Source of the DNA: a virus
Reading direction: 5' to 3' (one strand)
Length of the DNA stretch: 64,000 nucleotides
IMG/VR virus record: IMGVR_UViG_3300045988_052681
The notes under the pieces were generated by a model. That model made no database searches. It was given only the letters and a program-made list of their open reading frames with translations, and was not told where the DNA came from. Below, in pieces: positions 21,731 through 32,521 of this stretch. The first letter of the stretch is position 1, and each line of letters begins with the position of its first letter. The translations under genes were made by a program, and so were the position numbers.

Positions 21731-22480
21731 TTACAAGTAATATATAGTCATTGTTTCTAAGAACTTGCCTGCTCCCGCAGTCTTGGCTAAAATTCTAATA
21801 GCTGCTCCATCCCCTCCTGCCAATATATCAGCAGCAGCTAATTCCTTCATTGTTAACTTTCCATTAGATGCATCATATAACGCCAATGCATTATGTAAGG
21901 CATCAGCATTATATATTCTGTCCTTGTTCTTCTTTAAGAGCTCAAGGTACGGGTGTAATATGGAATAGCCTATTGGTTTATAATCTTCTCCATAAAACAC
22001 TTTCCCATCAAACTTTATTATCCTAACCTTTCTATTGGTAAAGGCACTTGAAAACAAACTAACGGACAAATCCAAGTGGTCAGCTGGTCTGAATTTCTCT
22101 AATGGAGTTTTAACTTTACCTTTAAGGTAATATACCTCATCTTCAGACACTACTATAATACCACCATCTTTACAAAGGAACTCTTCCTTAGAGGATGTTT
22201 CATCCTTAGAGAATACCTCATCTAGAAGAGAATCAACACGTTGATTTATAGACTTGGCTTCTCCTTTACCAATAATTGGAATCTTTCCGATAGAAGTATC
22301 TATAGCTTTAGAGCAATCAATTTCTATGGTTAAACATTTCCTAAATTCCGATTCGGCTGCCTTCTGCTTAAGTCTTGCTTCCTGTAACAGACTGGTCAGT
22401 CTGTCTACTTCTAGAGTACATTCCTTATACTTGGAAGCAGAATCTATTACATGTTGGGCAAATTCCGGTGTTAAATCCAT
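21731..22480 (-). CDS. hypothetical protein
   Basis: 249-aa ORF. Confidence 0.4.
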   Translation of the reverse strand: MDLTPEFAQHVIDSASKYKECTLEVDRLTSLLQEARLKQKAAESEFRKCLTIEIDCSKAIDTSIGKIPIIGKGEAKSINQRVDSLLDEVFSKDETSSKEEFLCKDGGIIVVSEDEVYYLKGKVKTPLEKFRPADHLDLSVSLFSSAFTNRKVRIIKFDGKVFYGEDYKPIGYSILHPYLELLKKNKDRIYNADALHNALALYDASNGKLTMKELAAADILAGGDGAAIRILAKTAGAGKFLETMTIYYL

Positions 22481-22490
22481 AAATTATAGT

Positions 22491-24059
22491 TTATTGTAAC
22501 ACGATACGACCATCTGTAATGTTCTTTCCATCTACAATACTATAATCACAACATGCAAGTGTATTTCCAAAATTCTTGTGAATCCATTCGGAACTTCCAA
22601 ATAATGAACCAACTGACTTATAGGTAAATCTTCTACCATAAGTAGTGGCTGACTGATGTAAATCTCCTTTTACAAAGACTACATTACCAGTGATGCCCTT
22701 ATTGTCCAAATATTCATTGATGAAATTCTCTGTCTTCACGTCAAGAGTTAATGGTAGATTCTTGAACATGTCTTTATTATCTTTACCATGACACATTACA
22801 TAGGTAGTTTCATTAAGAGTAAACTCTCCTATGAACTTGTCAAATACTTGACATTTAACATCAAACTGTTCTAATACAGCAGCTAATGCTAAGTTAGCAG
22901 CATAACCAAAATCACCATCATGATTGGACTCGCCAACACAATAATAATACATATTGGTATGCTTTACATTCTCTATCAGAGATTTAACAAAGCTAGTCAT
23001 TAACTTAATATAAGTTTGCAATTGCTCCTTATTGCTCATGTTTTGAGCCAGTTCATGACCACCTCTTGTAGTTTGTCCATTATATCCGTCAAGAGAATCT
23101 CCAAGATTGCAGATAACTATATTCTCAAACCCACCACCAATGTAATAAGCTTCAGTATATACTCTCTTTATAATCATGTCAAATCTCTTCTTCATTTCTT
23201 CTTCGTTATAAGGATTCTGATAAATAGATAGAGGAGACACTGTGGCTCCAGTATGAATATCAGACAACCATATGATTAGGTCTTTGCCGTTAGAAATTGT
23301 CGGCATACGTCCCCAGTCATACAGATTATTGAAGTCTAGCCCTTCTATAAGAGCTTTGCCGTCAGCTATTTTAGCTTTCAGTTCGGCATTCTCCATGGCA
23401 TACTTCTTAAGTAGTCGCTCGTTATTCTTGATGCGTTCTGCTTCTATGCCCCTTAGGAAGTCATTCTCCTTCTCCCTTAGTTGCATATCTTTAAGCTCGT
23501 CAATAGTATTCTCCTCAATAACATGAGGAGCAAATGGTGCTGCGGCTTTAGTAATATTGAAGACTTTGAGAATCTTCTTAAACTCCTCTAGAGAATATTC
23601 AGGGAAGCTACGACTTACTTCTCTTTGTGTTATGGATGAACCATAATAAGAGTAAAGTCTATGAATCATATTCATTTCATCCCTAGTAAGACTGCCAGTA
23701 AATGGTGCTTTGTCTCTTAGCGGGATAGTGAATTGATACTTAACAATCTTACCTTCATCATTTCTGACCAATGTAATCTTGCCAGTACTAGTTTCCTCCT
23801 CTTCAGAAGATGTCACTTCTTCCGATTTAGAACGACGTATAATACCTCTCTTGCTAACCTTGTCATACAGACTCATTATCATGTCGTAGGATTCCTTGTC
23901 GATACTGCCATCAGCTATATCTTTGTTTACTACCTGTTTCTTTACCCAGAAGTAATTCTGTGGAAGACCTACTTGTTCTGCATATGCATTTAAACTAATG
24001 TTCTGTTTTAAAACTTCTTGTAAGTGATTGATTAGCTTGGTAATTGTTGTTTCTCTCAT
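22491..24059 (-). CDS. metallophosphoesterase with N-terminal coiled-coil/unknown domain
   Basis: LSDIHTG (motif I), NLGDSLDG (II), GESNHD (III) in the C-terminal half; 522 aa. Confidence 0.55.
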   Translation of the reverse strand: MRETTITKLINHLQEVLKQNISLNAYAEQVGLPQNYFWVKKQVVNKDIADGSIDKESYDMIMSLYDKVSKRGIIRRSKSEEVTSSEEEETSTGKITLVRNDEGKIVKYQFTIPLRDKAPFTGSLTRDEMNMIHRLYSYYGSSITQREVSRSFPEYSLEEFKKILKVFNITKAAAPFAPHVIEENTIDELKDMQLREKENDFLRGIEAERIKNNERLLKKYAMENAELKAKIADGKALIEGLDFNNLYDWGRMPTISNGKDLIIWLSDIHTGATVSPLSIYQNPYNEEEMKKRFDMIIKRVYTEAYYIGGGFENIVICNLGDSLDGYNGQTTRGGHELAQNMSNKEQLQTYIKLMTSFVKSLIENVKHTNMYYYCVGESNHDGDFGYAANLALAAVLEQFDVKCQVFDKFIGEFTLNETTYVMCHGKDNKDMFKNLPLTLDVKTENFINEYLDNKGITGNVVFVKGDLHQSATTYGRRFTYKSVGSLFGSSEWIHKNFGNTLACCDYSIVDGKNITDGRIVLQ

Positions 24060-24130
24060 TTCTGAGTTAAAATTAGATAACCTTTCGGCGCTTATATAAA
24101 ATCTAATCTCTTTTAGTTATGCACATCTGA

Positions 24131-24175
24131 ATAAAAAGAAAAGGGACTACCTTATTCACATAAGATAATCCCTTT
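24131..24175 (-). terminator. rho-independent terminator downstream of 24204..24740 gene
   Basis: Minus-strand hairpin AAAGGGA-(22 nt)-TCCCTTT followed by TCTTTTTAT. Confidence 0.55.
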
Positions 24176-24203
24176 GATATTTAAAGTCAATAGAAGTTAA
24201 ATT

Positions 24204-24740
24204 TTATCCTTCGACCCCAAAGCAGATGTATGTACCCATCTTAGCTGATTTTGACGGAGTGTGTTTTACTTCAAAAGCACCGTCTTCGCCTTCAACTACA
24301 GCCTTGATGTACTTGCAATAGATATCGCCAGTATAACCTTTCTTAGTGTAAAGTTCCTTAGCGATTTCTTTGGCTTTAGTTTTAGTTTCAAAGTTCAAGA
24401 ACAATACTTCACCAGTTGCAGGATTGATTCCCTGATAGCCAGTTTTGTATTTACGTTTACCTTTCTCGTTCTTGATGTCACGCATAGTATAAGGACGTTC
24501 ACGAGTATCAGCAGAACCTGCTTCAAATGTGATAGAACATCCGATGCCAGCAGCAAACTTAGTATGCTTAGCCAGATACTCTGCTTCAAATTCCTTCAAA
24601 GCTTTCTCTGAAATAGGTTTACCAGCTGTCTTCCATGCCTGAGTTGCATCACGAATTACTTGGAAAGGTGCTTGTGCGATTGCTTCTTGTTTAGTATAAC
24701 CTTTTACTTCTACGTTCTTAAAATTTACTTGGTTTGTCAT
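24204..24740 (-). CDS. hypothetical protein (probably highly expressed; start revised to MTNQV)
   Basis: The ORF-track N-terminal extension lies in an AT-rich non-coding leader; strong intrinsic terminator directly downstream. Confidence 0.4.
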   Translation of the reverse strand: MTNQVNFKNVEVKGYTKQEAIAQAPFQVIRDATQAWKTAGKPISEKALKEFEAEYLAKHTKFAAGIGCSITFEAGSADTRERPYTMRDIKNEKGKRKYKTGYQGINPATGEVLFLNFETKTKAKEIAKELYTKKGYTGDIYCKYIKAVVEGEDGAFEVKHTPSKSAKMGTYICFGVEG

Positions 24741-25547
24741 AATTAATTGGAATTTAAACATTAGTTCATTGTCATATCTCTTTGTTATTGTATTACAAAG
24801 GTACTGCTTTAATAGTAAACTACCAAACAGTTCTAATGCAAAATAATCTAAATTTAATTCTATTAATCTGACTCTCCTTCGAGAGGAAAGCGTTACAAAG
24901 ATACTACATTTCTTGTAACTACACAAGTAAATTGCCAACAATTAGTGAGTTAATAAGATTTAACTATTATCGTTTGGCGGAAAGCAAAATTCATTTTTAG
25001 TCATTTGCTCCCATGTGTCTCGACTTTCCTCGTAGAACTTGTCCACGATTTTGTCAGAGCGTTTCTCTATTAATCCTGCTGCCCATAACAGCTGGTGGAA
25101 ACGCATATCGGGATGTTTCCTGGCTAATACTTCCAAACTATGAATTATAGCCATGTTATTCAAATATCTGTCATGTACCATAATTAAAATGGCGTTTCTG
25201 GCGTAGTAGGTTCCCAAGGAAGCTCTTTATCAAGAATTTCATTAATCTTAGCAACCATATCTTTAGCCGATTTTAAATCAAATGTCAAGAACTCGGTAGT
25301 GTTTCTCATAAAATCATCACATATAACTGCGAGACCCTTAAGAAGACCCTCCGAATTATGACTTTCTTTGCCCTGTCTAATCTTCTGGATTACTTGCCAA
25401 GTAGTTGCGTTAGGAGTTTTGTTCCTAGCTTGCTTAGTAAGAAAGCATATTAGTGATATTAAAGCGAACTTAGTTCCTATATCACAGGCCAGACATCCTA
25501 AACTGAAGTACTGCTTGTAGTATTCCTTCAAATCATTCATAGTAGGC

Positions 25548-26585
25548 TCATAGTATTCCATCAGCATCGTATCCATAAAGCTCGTAATATGCTACACGCC
25601 TCAACAATGTAGTAAATTCAGTAAAACCCGACAACATATGACCATTATTAACAGGAAACACTCCAGACCTAAAATCCGGAACTGTTGATACCACTAACAT
25701 ATTAGCCTTAAGTGTGGGCTTTGCCTTATATTCATTCTCTATGTACAATTTCAGCATCCACATATACATAGCCATTTGCCTAGCATAGTGATACTTATCA
25801 AAGCTCTCATGAAACTTAGTGAGATAATGTCCACTAGTCTTCAAGTCATTGAGAACTAATTCATTCGACTCTGGACTGTATGTAAAATTATCCAACTTAG
25901 CTTTTAGTTTGAGAACCTTACTAAGACCATTATGCTCAACAAGCACATCTATTAATAGTACAGACTCATTCTTGGAGATTGGCTTCTCTAATAAATAGTC
26001 TGGATTCAATAAGGATTGTATTTGTGGATTACATTCAACTGATACAATACATTCTCGTAGTTTGTCTCTAGATTTAGCATCAAGATAAATTGGAACCTTA
26101 TCTGCAACATATTTGCTGCCCCACTCATAAGCTGTGCGTTGAGCATAATAGTTCTCGCATTTTATGCGCAGAGCATCCATTTTGTCTTCATCCATTTTAC
26201 CTTTATAATAGCTAATCTTGTCAGACGCTACTACTATCTCATCCTTAGTAACAACACCATTAGCTATAAATAAAGGATACAGCTCATCAGCCATGAATCC
26301 GGCTTTAGCTGTTGGTCTATCTACAGACTCTACAAGAATAAAAGACTCTGGTTGCAGTACTAATTCATGTACTGCCGAACCAAAGTACAGCGAATCGGAG
26401 TATCTTCCATCAGCACCCAGTCCTGCTAAATAAGCTTCTGGGCTACCTCCTTGTTCTGGGTTTATAAGCTTCAATCTAGAATTACTAATGTAATCAGAAT
26501 AAGCTTCACTGAAATACTCCTCATCACTTATCTCAAGGAACTTGATAGTTTCAATTAGTGGTGTAATTTTAATGTCTTTAAGCAT
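25548..26585 (-). CDS. putative PD-(D/E)XK (RecB/Cas4-like) nuclease
   Basis: C-terminal QMAMY (QxxxY) motif and upstream LIDVLVE acidic motif; weak. Confidence 0.35.
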   Translation of the reverse strand: MLKDIKITPLIETIKFLEISDEEYFSEAYSDYISNSRLKLINPEQGGSPEAYLAGLGADGRYSDSLYFGSAVHELVLQPESFILVESVDRPTAKAGFMADELYPLFIANGVVTKDEIVVASDKISYYKGKMDEDKMDALRIKCENYYAQRTAYEWGSKYVADKVPIYLDAKSRDKLRECIVSVECNPQIQSLLNPDYLLEKPISKNESVLLIDVLVEHNGLSKVLKLKAKLDNFTYSPESNELVLNDLKTSGHYLTKFHESFDKYHYARQMAMYMWMLKLYIENEYKAKPTLKANMLVVSTVPDFRSGVFPVNNGHMLSGFTEFTTLLRRVAYYELYGYDADGIL

Positions 26586-27081
26586 AACTCCTCATGAATT
26601 GATAAGCATCTATAATCTCATCTTTACATAAGGAGAATACTTTAAACATAGGAAAGTCAATAGTCCTTTCTGTATGCATTAATAATGCAGGCAGTCCAGA
26701 ACGTTGACATTTTAGTACGTTACTTAAAGAATCGTCAATAAAGACATCCACTTTACCTTTAATCATATCAGCCTTATTACCGTGTTGGTAATACATTTGA
26801 TAGACTGGTCTATCTGGGAATCCATTTCGTCTTAGCCATTCTTTAGTCCAAGTTTTATTGTTTACACGTTTAGTGCAATATAATTCCGGAACAAAATCAG
26901 GTCTGTTAACTACTTTGAGATTTAACCAGAAGTCTCTGTCCTTACTAAGAATACGTTGTACATTCCTAGTAATCATGCTATCTTCAAGCATACGTGGATT
27001 ACTAGCTGTATCGAAGTACTCACAGTAAGCACCCCAAAAGTCAGCTAGACAATCGTCAATATCTAAACCTATTCTAAACAT
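26578..27081 (-). CDS. HAD-family 5'(3')-deoxyribonucleotidase-like protein
   Basis: N-terminal GLDIDDCLADF (DxDx[T/C] HAD motif I), as in NT5C-type nucleotidases. Confidence 0.5.
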   Translation of the reverse strand: MFRIGLDIDDCLADFWGAYCEYFDTASNPRMLEDSMITRNVQRILSKDRDFWLNLKVVNRPDFVPELYCTKRVNNKTWTKEWLRRNGFPDRPVYQMYYQHGNKADMIKGKVDVFIDDSLSNVLKCQRSGLPALLMHTERTIDFPMFKVFSLCKDEIIDAYQFMRSYA

Positions 27082-27433
27082 TCATTGTCATCTTGTACGA
27101 CTAGAACTCTTCTATATCGTATATGTCACCAATAATTATCTCTTTGTCTTTAGCCATAGTACCTGCCAGTTCATCATAATCACCTGGAGGGTCTATGTCA
27201 TAATCTGTAATGAATAAGTCAATAAACTTATCCTCAGCTTCTGTAAAGCTTCTAGCTCTTCCCTTCTCTAGCCATAAATCACCGTCGTCCAGACTATAAC
27301 AAGGCAGAATATAAGTGTTCATCAGCAGATATAATAATTAAATGATTCAAGATTTAGTAAGTCAAGATGTGAATATATCAAATTTGCCATAGGATATTCT
27401 AATCAAGCATTACTAAACAAAGAAAGCCACAGA

Positions 27434-27829
27434 TTACTCCGTAGCCTTCTTAATAAGTTCATAAAAGAAATCTTTACTCATCATAACGTATTCTCCGTCA
27501 GAGCCCATGTTTACTCCCTTGTCAATCTGCTTGTTCCAGATTATTACTAAGGGTCTATCTTTACGACCACATGTTTTGATAATTTCAGCAATAGACGGTG
27601 TGTTCTTAGTACATTTACATTGTACGTAACATGGCAATTTGTCCTCGGTTTCAGCTATGTCAATTTTAGCATCATCCAGATTCTTGGACTCACTACGAGA
27701 TGACTTTAGGCCTTTATAACCAAGTCCTATCAATTCCTTAATAATCTTAAGTTCATAATTATTACCTTTACGTTTAGCATATGCACCGTTACGTTTCTTC
27801 TTCGGTTTTACTTCTTCAGTGTTCTCCAT
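27434..27829 (-). CDS. putative Holliday-junction resolvase (Hjc/PD-(D/E)XK-like)
   Basis: GNNYELKIIKELIGLGY...DDAKIDIAE...VQCKC resembles the archaeal Hjc nuclease core. Confidence 0.35.
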   Translation of the reverse strand: MENTEEVKPKKKRNGAYAKRKGNNYELKIIKELIGLGYKGLKSSRSESKNLDDAKIDIAETEDKLPCYVQCKCTKNTPSIAEIIKTCGRKDRPLVIIWNKQIDKGVNMGSDGEYVMMSKDFFYELIKKATE

Positions 27830-28812
27830 GCCCTTTCAATTAAATTAAGTGTCTTCTCTCTACCATATTTAGCATGAAAGTCAGATATATCTTTAGCTCC
27901 ATAAGACCTAGGAATGAAGATGCAGTCTATGTTAAACTTCTTTCTTATCTGGTTCATGTTATGAATGCCAGGCAAGTCATTATCATAGAATACAACTATC
28001 TTCTTAAATCTTTTACTCAACTTCTCGAATTGAGATTCAGTTAAGAATAAATTCTCTGAATTAGGAGCTATTGCAGTAATTCCTAAAGAATATAGACACA
28101 TAACGTCTTTCATACTCTTAGTAACTACTAACAAATCGCCTTCTGCCGGAAGCTGATGTGCTCCCTGTAACATGATAGACTTCCAGTTAGATAGAAACCG
28201 TGTAGTTCCTCTTTCTCTAAATGGAAAGTAGATTCTCCATAACTCAACCCCTTTATCGTTCTTACCACGATAATAGCCAAACATGGGATTCTGTGGACCA
28301 GTAGTGGCATAATAACTGCCATTTAAATAGACAGCCTTGCAAGAATAGACTCTGAATCTCTTCAGAATCTCCTTAGTAATGCCATATTGTGCCCACCACT
28401 GTAGTTCAGATTCAGTGAACTCTTGTACATCAGCTCTTATAATCGCAGGTCCATCGTCCTTAAATTCAGACTTACTTGCGACTACAGGCTTATTGTTCTT
28501 AGGTAACGTTTTATGAGTTATATAGCCAAAGTCGTTAGCAATTATTTGCAATGCCTTATAATAAGTACAACTATACTTATACATAACCACACTAATGAAA
28601 TTACCATAGAACTGTCCGCTGAAGTCATTGAATATGATGTCTCCAGACGCATTCCTATAAAAGGAACACGTAGGAGAATTATCATTTCTCAACGGAGATT
28701 TAAACAACCCTTTCTTAACTGGGATTCCTAGATAGTACTCAAGATAAGTTTCCTGAGTCTGCCTTTCAAGTAAATACTTCTTAGTAATTTTAGGTTCATA
28801 TTCCAATACCAT
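27808..28812 (-). CDS. putative DNA primase (degenerate TOPRIM)
   Basis: VVFYDNDLPG DxD motif and upstream LLVVTKSMKD; position next to SSB and helicase genes. Confidence 0.3.
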   Translation of the reverse strand: MVLEYEPKITKKYLLERQTQETYLEYYLGIPVKKGLFKSPLRNDNSPTCSFYRNASGDIIFNDFSGQFYGNFISVVMYKYSCTYYKALQIIANDFGYITHKTLPKNNKPVVASKSEFKDDGPAIIRADVQEFTESELQWWAQYGITKEILKRFRVYSCKAVYLNGSYYATTGPQNPMFGYYRGKNDKGVELWRIYFPFRERGTTRFLSNWKSIMLQGAHQLPAEGDLLVVTKSMKDVMCLYSLGITAIAPNSENLFLTESQFEKLSKRFKKIVVFYDNDLPGIHNMNQIRKKFNIDCIFIPRSYGAKDISDFHAKYGREKTLNLIERAWRTLKK

Positions 28813-28859
28813 ATTATTTCAATGTTTAATGTTTGAACCTCAAATTTACTAATTAATTA

Positions 28860-29543
28860 TTACACTTCAAAGTCAAGGTCTGCGTTATCTGTGGCTGCAT
28901 CATTAGATGCTGCAAAATCGTCAGAACTTGTACCAGGCATGTCAGTAGGGCCGTTACTCTTCTGTTTATTCATCTGACTGATTTCATAGTCAGAGAAGAA
29001 TACTTTGTCTCCTAACCAGTTGTTAGAGATATATGCATCACCTGCTTTACTGATATTGACGAAATAAGGCAGACAAGGTTCGCCTTTCTTATTAGCAATC
29101 AGCTTCAGATTAGTATGCTTATTAACTGCATCCTTAGTGATGTCGGCAAATGTCTTTACCAATTTCTCAAACTCTTCCGGAAGGGCAAAAGTTTTAGTTT
29201 TAAATGCTTCATATTTCTTAGGAGCAAGTTGTTCTCCAATATGAGCTAACATAAATTTAAACTTCTCAAAGTTGGACGGACTTTCACGTTCAACTCCATT
29301 GTTAGAGCTTACTTGTCTTACATCATCTCCCTCTTTAGGACAGAATACTGTTTCTTCATAAACACCATTCTCATTCTCGAATGAAATTCTCATGGTTTTA
29401 TACACTGCGTCAGGGTCTTTCTTACCCTTAAACTCATTAAATGTTATTCCCTTGAAAATAACATCGTGGATTTCCCATGGTTTCAGTCTTGGTTTAATAG
29501 ATGATGTACCGTTCGTGTTTGTTAAGTTGAAATTCATTGACAT
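28860..29543 (-). CDS. putative single-stranded DNA-binding protein (gp2.5-like)
   Basis: 227 aa with strongly acidic C-terminal tail DDFAASNDAATDNADLDFEV; replication-module context. Confidence 0.35.
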   Translation of the reverse strand: MSMNFNLTNTNGTSSIKPRLKPWEIHDVIFKGITFNEFKGKKDPDAVYKTMRISFENENGVYEETVFCPKEGDDVRQVSSNNGVERESPSNFEKFKFMLAHIGEQLAPKKYEAFKTKTFALPEEFEKLVKTFADITKDAVNKHTNLKLIANKKGEPCLPYFVNISKAGDAYISNNWLGDKVFFSDYEISQMNKQKSNGPTDMPGTSSDDFAASNDAATDNADLDFEV

Positions 29544-29555
29544 AGTTTATAAGTA

Positions 29556-30116
29556 TTAAAGTTCAAAAGTTAATGGGTCAATCTCTTTAGCTGACTCATC
29601 TCCAATCTCTGTGTCTAACGGCAAATCAATGTTGTCGCTTTCATCTTCTAATACCTCTATGTTATCTACTTCAGGCTCTTCCGGCCTTTCAGCATTACCA
29701 ACTAATACGAAGAGGTCGTCTTGACCTTTCATCGTAGTTACTGTAAATGTATCGCCATACTGACGTAGCATGTCATTAGCTTTACCTCTACAGCTGACAG
29801 ACAGACTCTTAGTAAGTTTGTTTCCACCTTTGGTTCCAAAGGCTTCATCAGTTCCTATAACGGGGAAAGTGATTCCGTCAATTTTCTGATATTTAATACT
29901 AAGTCTATCTTCCCAAGCAACTCCCATTAATTGGGCAGCTGCTTTATTAAGTATGTACTTGTTAGGGTCTAGGGTAATTTGCGGTTCAGATGTCTCTGGA
30001 ACCTCTTCCTTGACTGTTCTAGTCTTTACTTCTTCTTTGACAATTTCCTGCTTTAGAGATTTATACTCTCCAGTAGCTGGGTCAAAGTCCAAAGTTAACA
30101 GCATTTTAACTATCAT
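29556..30116 (-). CDS. hypothetical protein (acidic C-terminus)
   Basis: 186-aa ORF. Confidence 0.4.
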   Translation of the reverse strand: MIVKMLLTLDFDPATGEYKSLKQEIVKEEVKTRTVKEEVPETSEPQITLDPNKYILNKAAAQLMGVAWEDRLSIKYQKIDGITFPVIGTDEAFGTKGGNKLTKSLSVSCRGKANDMLRQYGDTFTVTTMKGQDDLFVLVGNAERPEEPEVDNIEVLEDESDNIDLPLDTEIGDESAKEIDPLTFEL

Positions 30117-30805
30117 TCTCCGTATTCAAATTTATTGATTGTGTCAATCACCATCTTCATATTAGGTTCAACATATAAATCTGGGAAACATCCTGCGGTA
30201 CTTCTACAAGTATCTGGACCAAGTGACCTTGTTCTGAATTTATAGTCAACCTCTTCATCATTTACAATCTTCTCTGCATACAGCAAATAATTAAACAGTC
30301 CATCTATATTAACAGACCTATCCAACATCTTTCCAGTAGTAAATAACTTATATTTAGGGTCATAGTCGTTACCGTCATTTACAATATGAGATATGAACAC
30401 TACAATTAAATCCTCTCTAAGAGTCATAGCTTTCATTATTAAATCATAATAGTGCTTTGCAAAGTCAATATGCTTGTCATATCCTTTCTCTGCACTTCTA
30501 GACATCACCTCTTGTGAAAGAAGATAATTACTATCATCAATTACTAAGACCTTAATCTCCGGCATTTTAACATTAACTACATTCATGATGTTCATCACTT
30601 TGGCAAATTCATTACTGAAATACCAATTTCCAACATAGTTCTTGTCTTTGTCCTGAGTTAGCTTCTTGTAATTCTTCCTAAATCCTGGAATTGATAATTG
30701 TTTAGGAGTACAGCTAATGATAAATGTCTCCTTTGGGTTTAAATACTGTAGGGAACTAGACTTACCACTTCCCGAAAATCCTCCAAGTCCTATAATTTGG
30801 CTCAT
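30113..30805 (-). CDS. P-loop ATPase (Sak4/RecA-like core)
   Basis: Walker A GLGGFSGSGKSS, Walker B LVIDDSNYL; ~230 aa. Confidence 0.4.
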   Translation of the reverse strand: MSQIIGLGGFSGSGKSSSLQYLNPKETFIISCTPKQLSIPGFRKNYKKLTQDKDKNYVGNWYFSNEFAKVMNIMNVVNVKMPEIKVLVIDDSNYLLSQEVMSRSAEKGYDKHIDFAKHYYDLIMKAMTLREDLIVVFISHIVNDGNDYDPKYKLFTTGKMLDRSVNIDGLFNYLLYAEKIVNDEEVDYKFRTRSLGPDTCRSTAGCFPDLYVEPNMKMVIDTINKFEYGE

Positions 30806-30809
30806 TAAA

Positions 30810-31901
30810 TCATAATGTTATGGTTACGCGTAAATCATCTTTCTTAGTTCGTTCTATCTCGACTTCCCTGTCTGGGAAATCAATAATAGTCCAATCTGGA
30901 TTCTTATACTTGTCATAATCATTGATTTCGGATGCAGACGGAAGCTCTTTAAAGATACCGCATCTACCATAAAATCCTACACCAATGGCTACGTCAGACG
31001 CACCAAATCTATTCTTAAGAACCAATAATGACCTGAAACCATCCTTTAGCTCTTTAATGCAATATCCTCTATATGTAGACAATTTGCTTCTAAATGGATT
31101 AAATAATACCAATACTACATTGGCATCCTCACTCGGAGAACCACTCTCTTTTAAATCTGACAAATCAGGTTCTTGCAAGCCTTGTTTTAGTCGTTCTGCA
31201 TTATTAGCATTTCTATTGAACTGCATAATATTGATTGGAGATATCTTACATTTATTTCTAAATGAGACACCATATGCTGATATGGTATCAATCTCCTCCT
31301 TCTTGCTCCGACCTAACTGTGGTCTCACTAAGCCTAAGTGGTCAGTAATTACTGCGATAATTTGTTTCGGATTATTAAGTTCATAAGTATCTTCATCAAC
31401 AAAGGTTCCAAATTTCTTTAAATCCTCTATGATTAGAGACTTATACTTCTCTGAATTAAGAGTGCCGTCATGTATTATTAGTCTATCCTCTATAGATTCT
31501 AGCCATGGAATACATTCCTGTACTAACTCATAATCCTCATTAGAGAGTGTAGAGTCCTTGCCTCTAGACAATAACTCTTTAAAAGATATTTGTTTACCAT
31601 ATGTCTCATATATATGAAGAGAGAGCAATTTAGCAAGTAACTGCTCAGCACTCATCTCCAAAGAGAATATAATAAACTGAACATCCTTATCAGAATCAGA
31701 GTCCAGTAGAGCCTTATATATAAAGGAGTGAAGCACGAAACTAGTCTTACCGTTACCAGTTCCTGCGGCAATCAGGTAATAGGTCTCTTGAGTTAATCCG
31801 TCAATTATATGCTCCAGCTTAGGCATTCCAAGTGATAACCCTTGATTGTCACCTTCTCTACCTCTTTTGATAAGTTCGATTAGTCTGCTAGTATATGTCA
31901 T
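30810..31901 (-). CDS. DnaB-like replicative helicase (RecA-fold C-terminal domain)
   Basis: Walker A AAGTGNGKTS, motif H2-like ITDHLGLVRP, arginine-finger region; 363 aa. Confidence 0.7.
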   Translation of the reverse strand: MTYTSRLIELIKRGREGDNQGLSLGMPKLEHIIDGLTQETYYLIAAGTGNGKTSFVLHSFIYKALLDSDSDKDVQFIIFSLEMSAEQLLAKLLSLHIYETYGKQISFKELLSRGKDSTLSNEDYELVQECIPWLESIEDRLIIHDGTLNSEKYKSLIIEDLKKFGTFVDEDTYELNNPKQIIAVITDHLGLVRPQLGRSKKEEIDTISAYGVSFRNKCKISPINIMQFNRNANNAERLKQGLQEPDLSDLKESGSPSEDANVVLVLFNPFRSKLSTYRGYCIKELKDGFRSLLVLKNRFGASDVAIGVGFYGRCGIFKELPSASEINDYDKYKNPDWTIIDFPDREVEIERTKKDDLRVTITL

Positions 31902-32521
31902 AGTTCCGTCATAGTATCAAACACTAATTCTTCATATGTTCCATCTTTAAACTTCTCGATGCCTTCCCAAGCCTTAGACATTATAAAGTCAGCAATATTG
32001 ACGTTTATCAGATTACATTTGTTCTGTTTAGCCCAATTGACTAACTCTATCACCCTTTTATGATTCTCAAGTTTCCACCCTATATTTTTGCCATATCTAA
32101 AGAACATGTCTTCTAAAGTGTTAAACTTCTTAGACCAGTTCTTTAAACTATACTCCCTACCATTAATAATGACAATATCTGGGTATGCTTCCCAGAACTC
32201 TCCTCCCAGGTCTCCGGAATACTTTCTATAATTCTTAATGAAGTTTTCATTAAAGATTACAGATTCAGGGTCAAACGTCTGACCCTCTGCGGGAATTTTA
32301 TACTTCTTAGTAATGACTCCCTTCACCTGTAGACTTAATAATACGTCTCTAAGGCGGGTTTTAGTTATTGGCATTCCCAGATATCGGATGAGGGAGTCTT
32401 TATGTCCCTCTTCTGGTTGTGCCAAGAATAGCAACTCAATCATTAACAACTCCTCAGCAGTAAGCCTATACTGCTCCATTATTAACAACTGATTCTCTAT
32501 TGTTAAACTTAATTTCTCCAA
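31898..32521 (-). CDS. hypothetical protein
   Basis: 207-aa ORF overlapping helicase start by 4 nt. Confidence 0.4.
   Translation of the reverse strand: MEKLSLTIENQLLIMEQYRLTAEELLMIELLFLAQPEEGHKDSLIRYLGMPITKTRLRDVLLSLQVKGVITKKYKIPAEGQTFDPESVIFNENFIKNYRKYSGDLGGEFWEAYPDIVIINGREYSLKNWSKKFNTLEDMFFRYGKNIGWKLENHKRVIELVNWAKQNKCNLINVNIADFIMSKAWEGIEKFKDGTYEELVFDTMTEL

Noticed and set aside
24741-24941. N-terminal 67-aa extension of ORF 24204..24941
   Set aside because: Translation is hydrophobic/irregular over an AT-rich leader with promoter-like composition. The internal Met (MTNQV) gives a compact protein, so the gene was re-called as 24204..24740.
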